The notes beneath the pieces are model-generated. The model made no database searches. It had not been told where the DNA came from and saw only the letters and a program-made list of their open reading frames with translations. The position numbers and the translations under genes are program-made. Shown here piece after piece: positions 34,501 to 48,869 of a stretch of 64,000 nucleotides of DNA; position 1 is the first letter of the stretch, and the number at the start of each line of letters is the position of its first letter. This stretch comes from Takakia lepidozioides (Eukaryota > Plantae > Bryophyta): positions 40,424,001 through 40,488,000 of the forward strand of contig CM060734.1 in NCBI GenBank assembly GCA_030704615.1, given 5' to 3'.

Positions 34501-37500
34501 AGTGAGCACCTCACAAAGGTTTTGTCCCGCCTGAACTGGGTGCACAAGGTTACAGGAGACAACACAAACTGTCCTTGTCTACTCTTGCCACATGTATTGC
34601 AGTCTAGGTCAAGCTACAGAATATTCCACTCAGCCTTCCAATTTTTCTGACACCTCCGAAATCAAATGTCTCCTTACAATTGTTTGCGGTTCACCTATTG
34701 TGGTAGAGGTACCATCTCAAAAAGATCTGTTTATGGAGAAAGGGCCAACTGGGGGTTGAAGGTGTTTATCAGACAACACAAACTGTAGTGAAATTCTTCT
34801 AGCACATTTCTGCAAGGAGACAATATTACCAGTGAGCCATCGACCAGGGCAATAGCAGACTTCAGGCGTCCAGCCTCAAGTGCAATTGCAGAGAAGAGAT
34901 TCTCCCTCAGTGTCTTGGTGACCCCTTCCTTCTCTTTGACCACCACTGGTACCCTATGACACTCCATAGACATTGAGTACAATAGAAGCTACAGAGTTAG
35001 CATAAAATTCCATACGTCCCACTCCCACCATGTGCTTGCAAGTTCTGTCTCAATTATTCAATCGCTTCTACAGCCTTAGCACTCGCAGCGTCCCTGCTAC
35101 AGTTACTAAGTATAGAGTTATAGCTTCGAGGTTCCGACAAGTAAAATCTAATTAATCGATCCTTCCACACTTCCCTTTCCCTACAAAGCCCCACAAATGG
35201 GAAATGCAGAAAAGAGCCGCTCTGTACACTGTCAACAATGATAGTATGAACAATACACAAGATGGTAGTCCAATGTAATCAATCCACGAATAGCCCACAT
35301 GCATACCTGATGTCTAGTTTATGTGAATGCACAAACGTATGCAAATTCGACAGTAGCTTTCCGAGCTTCCACTCGCAAGGCCGCAACGAGGTTGCAGAAA
35401 AGCTAGAATCCAGAGCACAGCTTCGGCACGACAATCTGCAATCTCGCACTCAAACCAGTGAGACATTCTATTTCAAAGGTGGTACAGCAAATCTCTCTTT
35501 GCCCCATGCCTGGTGAAGAAAGTGTATAGATTTGCAAAAGAACTTTCAGACGAGTCATGTCCCTGCATATGTCCAGTCTCTGGCATTTAGAGCTCCTCCA
35601 TGTATGACAAGGATCATGTCTTGATCTACTACTAGCTGCAACGGCATCTACAAGCTATCATTAAGCTAGTCAGATTAGTAGTAGTGTGACTTCAGGTAAA
35701 TTCTCAGTACTGCCTGCTCAGGAAAAAGGGCAAGTGTGCTACGGGGAGGCCAAGCACCTTGACCCTGGCTCCAAAACTAGTTCCTTGTAGTAGATTGATC
35801 ATTTCCAATGATTTTTCACTTTCAATATACACCCAAAAGTTAGATAAAAATTAAACAGGTCAACTGACACAACACTGCTTTTGACATGGATTCTCATCAT
35901 GCCTGGGTTTAGGTGCAAGGTCCCCGATAATGTGGGGCTAACCCAAGTTAACCTTTCCTTCACAGGCGTTGAAGTTGACAGCCCCATAGAGCAGAAGTGA
36001 AGAGAACATCAACAGACCTCCTTGGGCTGGATGATATGTGCAACAAGAGGTGCTCAGAAGCCTCATCTCCATCCCCATGCACTGGTGCTGCTGTTCCCAC
36101 TGCCCTCACTGCCTGTCCCAACATAGCAAACCCAGAACCACAAACGTTCCTTCTTAATAGACAAGCCTTCATGCAACCCCACAGCTGCAGAAATCACTAA
36201 GGACCTACCTTACTGCAAACACAAACCCAGTTTATATTCATAGCCAGGAATCCAGTCCAAGGAGCTGAAAAAGCTGCTCCGATATCCTTGGAATCCGCAT
36301 AAGCTATCCTGCAATTCCTGTCACTTCAATGAGACAACTACATAGATTTTGTTCCAAATAGGAGGGATGACTGTAGTGCGTAGCACATCTACCTGCCATA
36401 ATGTTGCTGTGGAGAGTTTGAAGGTATTCTCTGCTGCAAATACGAACACACCCACCACATCCATACCTCCCAAGAGCATCCTTGACACCTGAAAATTCTC
36501 CAAACCAAAAGCCTCCTTTAACATACAGAATTTTCCATCTGTTACAATGAACGAAACAGTCTGCACAAGATTAGTTCACCTCAATCTCTTTGAGGTAATA
36601 AGGAGCAGCAGAAATGCCTCAAGCCAATGTCCATGTACTAGCTGCCGCAGTGCTGACGTAAATCCACGTCAGGAGAAAATGTTATATTTAAAGAAGATGC
36701 TTTATTATCCTGCTTACAAACTCTGATAAAAGGACCTCTTCTTTGTGTGATGCTCCCACTGATATCTCGCCACATTGAAACCCACTCACATCTGATTTCC
36801 AGACTTCAACAAGGCCTCGTCTTTTCATGATAGTCAGGTCAGGTCCACATTACACAAACCTGATCATGATGGAAGCACATCCACCAGGCAGCAGGACCTA
36901 TCAACACAATATACTATGATTTGACCTTGATGAAGTGTTAAGCTGAGCAGTGCATAGTCATTACCTGGCGGGCATGCTCTGCCACCCAATCGATGTCAAC
37001 AATTAAAGCAAAAAACTCAGCTGAGGGTTTTCCCTTTCCCCCTTTCCGTCCAACACTGTCCTTCTGGCCCTTCTGCTCAGTTCCTACTGATGTGATTTTG
37101 GCAACTTCCTCCCCATCTTTAGCTGGTGTTGGAATCAGAGCAAAAACCAAATCCCTGCTGGATGCTACTGCCAATTTTCCTACAAGGAGCCCAACCTGCA
37201 AAAACACTCCAACAAATTGGAGGCACTCAGTCAAACAGGACAACACAACCCTCTGGACCTCTGTTGATAGGTGCATTGTCATCCGAGCTTGATAGATAAG
37301 AGGAACTGTCAACAAATAACCCATCTGGACGTATGTGGCATAAAGCAGCTACACTCACGTCACATGATCCATGTGGGAAATTGGCAATGGTGTGTGTTTG
37401 TGATGCAGATGCCGAGGGTGCCCTTATCCTGCAGTGATCCGACCTGCAACCGGCTTTCCTGAAGACTAAACCCACAGATTCAAGCGCGCCAGAGCTGCCA

Positions 37501-37916
37501 GCACGTCCCCCTTTTCAAGCTGGAAACTTCGGGTAAGAAATGTAGCATGGACTCTCTAGCTTTGGCTTCTTTGCTGTTACGTGGAGGCCACGTCCTACTC
37601 AGAACAATGCCAGCTCTCCTGCTCAAATGCCATTTCTCACACAACTCACATGCCATTCGTCACAAAACAGCAGGCTTGCAAGGTTCCAGAGGACAGGGCA
37701 ACTTCCTTCCAATTCCATCTGTGTGTGCAGTCAAAAGGCAATGATGGCTGGCAACAAGGCGGGGATGGTAAGCTGGCCTTTATCCCAGCGTGATTGGACT
37801 TACTTACGGCATACCTGTGCGGGGAGAGAGTGTACCTGGACAGAGGCTCGCGAAACAAAAAGAGAGTCTACATGAGCCTCCACCTGAGCCTCATCCCCCA
37901 CTACGCTCCTCACCAT
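31501..37916 (-). CDS. ODR4: ODR-4-like ER membrane protein (about 11 exons)
   Basis: Exons: 37916-37836 MVRSVVGDEAQ...VQ; 37195-36965 VGLLVGKL..RDLVFALIPTP...IDWVAEHARQ; VSRMLLGGMDVVGVF; LLLHISSSPRR; LSCRSC...LRPCEWK; LPRRVLVPW..FCDY; last exon 31812-31501 has a C-terminal TM helix. GT-AG junctions. Confidence 0.9.
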
Positions 37917-39412
37917 CTCCGCGCCTTTGTTCCACAATATTCAAACCCCACGAACTTGCCCTTCAGCTCCGATACTCTCTTGCAATGACGTCGCCATCTC
38001 GCTCGTCTTCGCTCGACAAATGCACCTTTCCAAGAAACTTGTGTAGCATCGGAGATACCCTAAATCCTGGCAGTTAATCTGTTCCCTGTAACAGCGAGTC
38101 TGTTATCTATCAAATCTTGACATGCCCTTTTAAGTATCTGAAATATTTTTTGACCGCTCGTAATCATTAACAATTCACCTGAGAGCAAAAGAGCTGGTCA
38201 CCAGTCTATCCGCAGACAACGGAGAACCACTAACAACTTTGGGAGCACAGCCATTTTAGAGCTGTGCGGTCTTTCCCTTACAGAGCAGAGCTACAATAAA
38301 GATTTCAAATGCACACTCTAGATGAAGTAGATATCTTTTGCTGTCATATTGTCTCTCTGAGTGCATATTCTAGTAGGACTGCAGTTCTGTTGTTTTGCTG
38401 GAGCGATGTTCTAGGAAATACAACAAACAATTCTTTGGGAGAATTTGACCCCATCGTCCAAGCAGAACAGGAACTCCCAGAGCGAAAGCTCTGGAGGCAT
38501 GGGGAAACGGATGGAGGACCTATTTACACATCTATTTTGTAGATTTTACCCTCAACAACTTTACAGGGTCTGCAGGTCTTATGCATGATTCTTTTTCTTT
38601 GGGGTGGCCTTTCTAAAATTGTGACATTGATTTGATTTCATCTTCCACCCTTGCAGGCACCCATATTCAGGCCACATGATACTTGGACATCAATCCACAC
38701 GTTTTGAATCCTGCACTGTCCAAATGAGATCCAAAGTGTAATGGCATTGTACAAGCAAACATGCCAAATGAACATCAATTCAGGCATGCACTTTCTTACG
38801 GTAGTTGATCATTGATTCAGTCCCAAGAGGGTTGCTCTGCCTTGCAGGGTCCAGAAAGAGACAGTCAATAATTGAGCCACAGAATGAATGCCTCACACCA
38901 TTCTCATCAGAATTTCATGTCAATCACCCTGAAAGCAACACCACTCAAGCTCTCAAACCCAAGCAGGAGAGACTGAATTTTTTGGCTTATTGAAGAGAGA
39001 GAACAAATTCAGCATCCATACGATGTCAGGTCACATCTATGAGGATAGCCCCTACATCCATATGGAGCCTTATACTCATGAGCCCAATGAGGCCCCAGGA
39101 GCCTGAAAGATTAGGATGGCTGGCATTGCCACACCTTAGCTACTTATCATTTAGGATTACATACATGCTCTAAACATGGTTATGTTTCAGTGTCCTGCTG
39201 AGAGAGCTGGTCTCGTCCCCGTGCTCGATCTTCCAGTGCTAGGATTTCCTGTCCAAAGGGTATCACAAAACATGGCTTGCAGGCAGAGTCAAATCATAAG
39301 ACACTGTCCAACCTTCCTGGCACTCTCTACGTCCTTAAAGTTGAGAGCCGCCCACGGGATGAGACCTGGATGTGACCCTTAAATTGAGATCCCTAAAACT
39401 ACTTTGCATAGT

Positions 39413-41276
<1,864 letters not shown>

Positions 41277-43434
41277 TGGGCATGCAAATGTTTCAGTTCC
41301 TGTTACTTCAGAAAAAGAAAGGGGGTTATTTTTCCCCCTCCTCCTGAATTTTGAGCCGTTCTCCCTATTAAAAGGAAAAAGGAAAGAAAGAGAGACTCAG
41401 AAAAGTCCGAGATATATTCATATGGACGTTTCTATCCTACACTGCATAGTCCAGCAAAACCAATCCTCTAGGAGCCAGTTGTGGGCTTTACAAATTCAGC
41501 CTGAAATGTAGGATAACTCCCAAATGATTGATTCAGACAAACAGTAAGAAGGCATGCCTCGATACTATTTCACAGCAGTCCAGATACTCACTTTTTGCTC
41601 AGCTATCTCTGCCACAGTGTTAGGGTAGATGAACTATACAATGTAGCAAATCTGCGTTCTCAAGTTTGCCCATTGGCAGGGGTGTTAAATCTGTCTCCCA
41701 TCTCAAAAGGAACGAAGAATCAATCAACTCAACATTTAAAATCCCAGGACTTCCTCAGCTGTTGCAGACTTGATTCAGTTCCACGGTACGCACAATGTGC
41801 TAGTTTGCACTTCCCAAAAGAAAAGCAAAATATTACGACAAGCCATTGCCTCAAAAAACAGAAGATAATCATGCTCTCTTCGGGTTCGCCCAATATCGTT
41901 TTGTATAACATTTTGGAGGCATCCATATGCAATGGTCAGATATACATATTTGTATTGCAAACTCAGCCAATGAAGCGATCAAAGATGGACAACAACTAAG
42001 AGACTTGAACACCAAGCAGCCTGCAAAGAAAACGAAAACGAGACAATCTAAAACCCAGCGTCCATGTAATCCGATACAACGCTTCAGACATACAGCCTCA
42101 GACCGCCCTCGATCTCTTCCCACGATCTCCTCCAATGTGTATCAAGAACTCATGGCTAAAAGTCATGAAGACATTTGGACCAAATCGGACTGATGCGCTG
42201 TGCTTGATGATAAAAGCAGCTCAAACAAAACCAACAGACAATGCAAGAACGCGACTACGCAGCTCTTCAGACCCACTTTGAAAGACCCACAAACACATTG
42301 TCCACCCGCACAGCCAAACAATCACGTGAACAGAACCCATATGTGAGAGTCACGTACCTAGTTGAAATTTCCCTCACGTTGCCAATCAAAGAACCTGCTC
42401 TCTGAGAGAAAGAGAGAGAGAGAGTGTGTGTGCGCGTGACCAAGGCATGCACGACCAGCCTTAAATCGAACGCAGGTAAGTAATAACTCAGTCCACACTT
42501 CCCACTCTTCCGTGTCGGCAGTACAGTTTCACAACCCCCTACGAAACTTATTTTCCGTCCCCCTTCCTTCATTGGCATGTTTTACGTGGCCGGACCCACA
42601 TCAGACACTTTTTTTATCATTTGTCAATCATGATGCACAACTGCACAGCTTGTCTAGTTAGAGCCGGGTTACTGCCAAGAATCCTGCTTATACACTCATT
42701 GGCAGGCTCCAGCCTAGGCAGGGTTCTGGGCTGTAACCTGGCTGACACTTGATATTTGGGACAAGTTTGACAAATCTGCTATCCAGCGTAACCGGCATGC
42801 TCTCCCCAGTCATGCCCAAGAAATGATCAGAGCCCGGTACCCAGGAAACAAGCCAGTACAAATGCCTGGGGTAGGGCTTAGAGACATTCGTTTGGTTATT
42901 ATACAGTGGTGAGTCCTCCACATGTAAGCTTCAGCGTAGGTGGAAAGTGTGAAAGTGCAGGTCAAGAACAACTTTGTATGTAACAGTCATGCTCCGCATT
43001 TGATCAAAACAGCATGATCTGCTGTGTTTCTTGTTGGTCAAAGGACTAACTTAGCGATCATATCATTGTGTTTTATGTGTGAAGATAGTGGCAGTGGAGG
43101 CCTGGAATGACTAAATTGTTGGAGGGGTTAATGACTGCACTACTGAAAGAACATGGGAATGTAGAGGTTTGTATGGTATGGGCCTTATTATTTTTGGTCT
43201 CACGGTGTGGTAACTGGTGACCCTCTTACAAGGGCTTTTTCCAAAGATGCAAGGGGCCAAAAAAAGAAAAAGTAAGAACCCCGTTTTGCCAAGCCCCAAA
43301 GAGTTCGAATACATGAAAATGTTTTTCCTTGTTTTATCAATCTTCATCCCCTTCCATTAGAAAGACTTGCTAAACCAGAAAGGGAAAAAAAAGAGGAAGT
43401 TACTGCTAAAGTCAAAGTTGGTTTACTGTCCAGC

Positions 43435-43623
43435 AAGATAAAAGATAAAAGATAAAGATTCTTTAACGTCCAGTGAATTTACAGAGCCTACTGCTCAACA
43501 CACAGGCCATCGAGGGCCCAATGGACGGTCTGAAGGCACATGTTGAAGGATTGAGCCCAGGATCACCGAGGTTATGCACAGGCAAGGCACAAACACCCAA
43601 CCACTGGGCTACCTGCTCAAGTG
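43435..43623 (-). mobile_element. tRNA-derived SINE, copy 1
   Basis: Roughly 95% identical to 60741-60927; minus strand has A-box-like TAGCCCAGTGG, B-box-like GGCTCAATCC and a (TTTATC)n-type tail. Confidence 0.75.
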
Positions 43624-45186
43624 CTATAAGGTAGCTGACCTGGTAATGCCAACTCCTGGGTGATAACTAACAGGCTGTTTCTGGAGAAGGTAACACTTCC
43701 AGGGAGCAATTATCAGACTTCCTGCCTTACTACTTATGGTTGGACTGGTGGTGACTAAAATTGTCAATACCAAACTTTCTTAAGAAATTGTTTGAACTCA
43801 ACTTACAGAGTAGTAAAACTGATTGTCAGTCTGGCTAAAATACAGGATCCAAGAAACAAAAAAAATACTGCATACTCCCATGCAAAGTAACATGGTACCT
43901 AAGTTATGTCTTCCCCAGCAAAGTTAGAGCAATCATCATCGTTTGCCTTTTAGTGGACCCAAGGAGCCCCTGTAAATTCCCTGTCCAACATTCCACTGTT
44001 TTGGACTCGCATCGGCCAGATTTCCCAAGATTTTTTCTGGGCCCATCTTGGCACAAACTTTCACTGAAAGACCGTATGAGTCACTGAACGACCCATGAGT
44101 TAAATCGCTAACTTACATGCGAGAGCTGTACTCTGATTCCAGATACAAAACATGTTTCCGTGATAAATTCACATCTGTCTCTCTATCTCATTCAACTACG
44201 ACAACCAATGTCTTATGAGTACATTCTCTCTCTCACAACCGATGGATGGATTTGGGCATTGTTGTTGTTTGTTAGACCTCCCAGGTTGTTGAAATTTTCA
44301 CTTAATTTGACAGCAGAAACGCCATACCTTCTTCCATCTTTCCTCCATGATACACCCCGAAGAACATTTGGTACCACCTCTTGTGATTATATGAGTAGGA
44401 GAAATGGTGCATTTCAGAAGAATGTTTGAACTCATCACTCACCTCTGTTGGTTTGCAGGCCACATTGAGGGTGAGATGCAGCTGTGCAGGTGGAAGTGGC
44501 GCAGGTGGACATGGGCGGTCAGCCAGGTGGGAGGGAAGCCGACATTGTAATGCGAGCATGTGGGTCCCTGCCGATCAGGAATGCACCTTTGTGGGATGCC
44601 TGACGCTGTTCAATAATGCCGTTGCTGTCTCACCTTCTTTGTTCGTGATTCAATCGTGAACGATGATGCTCCTTCCCACTTTTGTCACCATCCCCAACCC
44701 CACGACATTGAGATTAAAAGGAAGCGGTAAATGATGCGGAAGTAGTCTTTGGGCGTATGTGGATTGGAACACTGGACCACCATCTCCTTCTTGAACCCTG
44801 AAGCCTATCTCCCCCCGAGATCACTCGCTCTGCGAGACTGATGAAAGATGCTCTTCCACCATCTCCGTCTTGAACCCCGAACCCTAAGTTGTCTCCCCCC
44901 GAGATCAGTCGCTCTGCAAGACTGAGAAAAGAAGCTCTGCCTACACTCTGCAGCTTGCATGCTGCTTACTTCCGGATCGGTTGGAGTGGGAGGACGGGCG
45001 ACTGGTAGTTGAAGTTGTTAGAGGATGCAGGGAGATTGTGTTCGGTCTCTGCACGAAGGTGGTTTGTAATTGCGAGTGAATTCTCACCAATTGAGTGAGT
45101 TGAAGGAAGAAAGGTTTTTTCTGCCGTAAGTGAGGCAATTGAGAAGGTGGGTTGCACAAGGACTTTGCAAGTATCTCGAGGGCGGG

Positions 45187-48100
45187 ATGGCTTTGTCTAT
45201 GGGTCCCGTCTCTCCCCACTCTACGCTCCATTCCTCTCACCAACCTCGTCTCGACGTGTCTACCTCCTCCTTTGTTTCCCGAAGCTGGTGCCCCCCCGCA
45301 CTTAGGGCCTGCAATATCTCCTCAAAGGGTTTTTCTTTGACGATGGGGAAGGTCAGCATTGCTGTGGCATCAGGCAAGAAGGTTCTAGCAATGGCTGCGA
45401 TAGCAACTGTGACCAAAAGTGATCACAGAATAGGAGACAAGTTTGCTGAATTGAAGGAGCAAGGCAAGGTAAACCTAGCACGCTGTCTTTCTTACAATTG
45501 CAAGCATTCATGAGTTGAATTGAAAGCCTCCAATTCTCATTTGTGCAATAATCAGTAAGTTTGGAGGGAAGGAAGTAGCAAATATGTTGACGACATTTGA
45601 TGATGATGATGCATCCTATTGATTGAAGGATGGCTACTTTACATTTAGGACGAGCATTGTAAGTGGGCAACATCTTTCGGCAGACCTATAAGACTAATGG
45701 GGACTTCAAATGGTAATGGGTGCCCATGCTTGACTAAAGGACAGCTCTGTGCAGGTGGCACTGATACCCTACATAACGGCGGGTGACCCTGACATGGATA
45801 CAACGGCAAAGGCATTGAGGTTGTTGGATAGCTGTGGAGCGGACATACTAGAACTCGGTGTGCCCTATTCAGATCCCCTGGCTGATGGCCCTGTCATTCA
45901 GGCCTGTTTCTATCCTCTTCTCAGTTTCCTGATTCAAGATGAGTCCGCATTCGTCGGTTTTTTTCCTTTTGCTACCTTTAATTGGAAGTATGGAGTTCAG
46001 GGGGACTTGTGTATCTGGCAATGTAGGCTCTCAACTCTTACATTTCATTTGCAGGCCGCTGCAACCAGAGCGCTTGGCAAGGGTACTAATCTTGACAGGG
46101 TTCTTGGTATGCTGAAAGAGGTGATTCTTCTCCATCTATACGTTGTATGCATGCCTCGGAAGCATCTAGATTAAATTGGTAGTTACAGTGACTGTGATGA
46201 TAAGAACTACGCACTCTACACCTTGAGCAGCTATATATGTAGAAATGTATGCACGAACAGTTTGGTTTTTACTAGTGATTAATTCACGCTCATGGAGTCT
46301 CGCGTATCACTCTTGCACTCTGTCACAGACTGGGACCGTTGCTTTTATGTGATTGCCAATTGTATTTCAAGACACAGCCTTGAAGTGTCATTATGATTAC
46401 TTTTGTTTGTTTTCTCAGAATGGAGGGAGTCGTCGATATCCGTGAAATGAAGCATGTGGCTTTTGTCCATTATGACCTAAAAGGATGTGTGGTGCAGGTG
46501 GTGCCGGACTTGGTAGCACCTGTGGTGCTATTCACATACTACAACCCAATACTGAAACGGGGTCCTGAGACATTCTTGAAGGCTGTCAAGGCAGTTGGTA
46601 TTTCAGGTACCGCGTTCTATGAGAATTCCAGCTTTGGGGGCCTCCATGTTTTTACATACTTTTGGTCGTTTGTGTCCTGCTTTCTGAAGTTTATGTCCAT
46701 TTCTGCGTGTCTGTATTGGTCTGTCTTCTAGTCTTAGAGAGTTTAGAATCTAGATTTTGGGCTTGAGCCCAAAACAAGTCGTTGAGTGGCTATGGTTCCT
46801 TTCGAAAAATCATCAGATTATTCTGCATCTTTTGATGTGCTGGTACTTTCAGCATGCCAACATGCTTGCTTCATGGCTGGAGGAATTACATGTGGATGTG
46901 ATTGCAGGCTTGGTAGTGCCAGATGTGCCACTTGAGGAGACAGACAATCTCCGAGAACTTACGGCTGCCAATGGCCTTGAATTGGTAAGTACATGTGCTG
47001 CCCTTCTAATAATTCTTTGGTAAAGAGTATGATGCCTGTTGCATCGTTGTTGGTCAGGCCTATTTCTTCGTTCCTTTGATACTTCAACATGGAATTTTAT
47101 GATTTGTAGATATTGTTGACAACTCCCACAACCCCCAAGGCTCGTATGGAAGTAATCGCTCAAGCGTCACAAGGCTTTGTGTATCTGGTGTGTACTTTCT
47201 TTCCTTTCTCATCTTTTCATCTCTGCTGATTGTTTTCAGTGTTCACATGATGCGCGGATTTCAGAATTGTGTGTATGGCATCATGGCAGGTAGAGAGAAT
47301 CTCCTCATGAGACTGGTTGTTGTGGCCTTGTGGCCATAGATGCTGTAGCTGCTGTGGATGGGAGGACAGAGGATGGAGAGAAAGTGATAAGCCTATGCAT
47401 GGTTTGACAGATTTGTGTTTGATGCAACCCCTCTCAAGGGAGAATAGAGAGTTGATTTGGGAGAATTTTTGTACACTTGGTGCATTCATGTAGGGAAACA
47501 TGCAGTGGAGAATCAGAATGGATGTGCATGACCCATTTGTATTGTGCCTTGTAGGTGAGTTTGACAGGGGTCACCGGTGCACGCTCTTCAGTTGAATCTC
47601 GAGTGGAGGATCTTTTGAGGGAGCTGAAGCAGGTGCCCCACTCTTGTTCTGAAAAGAGCAGTGCATTGCACTGCAAAGTCTGTTTTTTCTTTTTCTATCC
47701 AGTCTTGGAGGAATGAAGTGCAAACCACCCTGACCAATGTTGATGTTCCATGCACGTTTGTGCTTTGGGAGGTGTCTGGATTCCCTGTAATTTTAGATGT
47801 AAGATGCAACCTATTAATATGAGGCTGTTTCAGTTTAAGGGCAATCCGTCAGGGAAGTGTGTGGAGTCAATCAGAGGGTGTTCCAACATTCCAGTCAAAG
47901 GTCTGTCATAGTCTGATACAGAGTCCACATTTCAAGGTCTAATACAGATTGTAAGAATTGGGATGGACACTTGTAGATATGACGGGGCTTCAAGTCATTT
48001 GATTTTGTTCTTGTCATTGCAGGTTACAAACAAGCCAGTGGCTGTGGGTTTTGGTATTTCAAAGCCTGAACATGCTGCTCAGGTAAATTACCTATTAAGC

Positions 48101-48869
48101 TGTCTGACCTACTGAAGTACAACTGATCATCTAAGTCTTTTCGGCAGTATATAGCGCACTTCCTCTCGACTGTATTAAGTCTGGGCATAGAGATAACTCT
48201 TTGCTCTATACTGTAAGTCTACAATTGAGACTTAATTCACCTATAGTGTGACCACGTGGATGGCTCGAGGACATTCCCCCCCTGCTGGGAGTTGTCAGTT
48301 CGACTTGAGAGTATGCATAAAAATTGCATCAATTGTGAGTCGCAATGTTTTCATTAGCAGCCACTCACGAGGGAACTCATGGTTGATTCCTAAGTTAGAA
48401 TCCAACTCGGAGGTACACTTGATGGCAACAAGAGGTCATGGTTCAAATCTGGAGTGACAAAGATTAAGGGTTGTTTACATAAGCATGACATTGAAGGTCT
48501 GCTATGTGAGACTCGGATACAAACTCTAAGGTCTCAGTGTGCAATCTTGAATCTCTGTGTATTTCAGTTGGACTTGGAGTAGCTGTCAGAAAGCGCATGA
48601 CCAAATTTCAAAGAACCCTGCAACCTTTCTTGGAATGTAAGAGTTTTTTCCACAGCAGCAGAGCAACTGTTGCCTCCACTCTATCTTCGTGCCTGATTTG
48701 CATGAGCATGCTCCTATCTTTTGGTGTGTTACAGGTGGTGGGATGGGGAGCTGATGGGGTCATTGTGGGAAGTGCTATGGTCAAGCTGCTGGGGGAGAGT
48801 GCTACTCCCACGGAGGGACTGGCTGCGCTGGAGACTCTTGCTCGTGACTTGAAGGCTGCGATTTCATGA
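45187..48869 (+). CDS. TSA1: Tryptophan synthase alpha chain, plastid-targeted (9 exons)
   Basis: Transit-peptide exon 45187-45468, then [12 protein letters not shown]...[74 protein letters not shown]. Confidence 0.97.
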
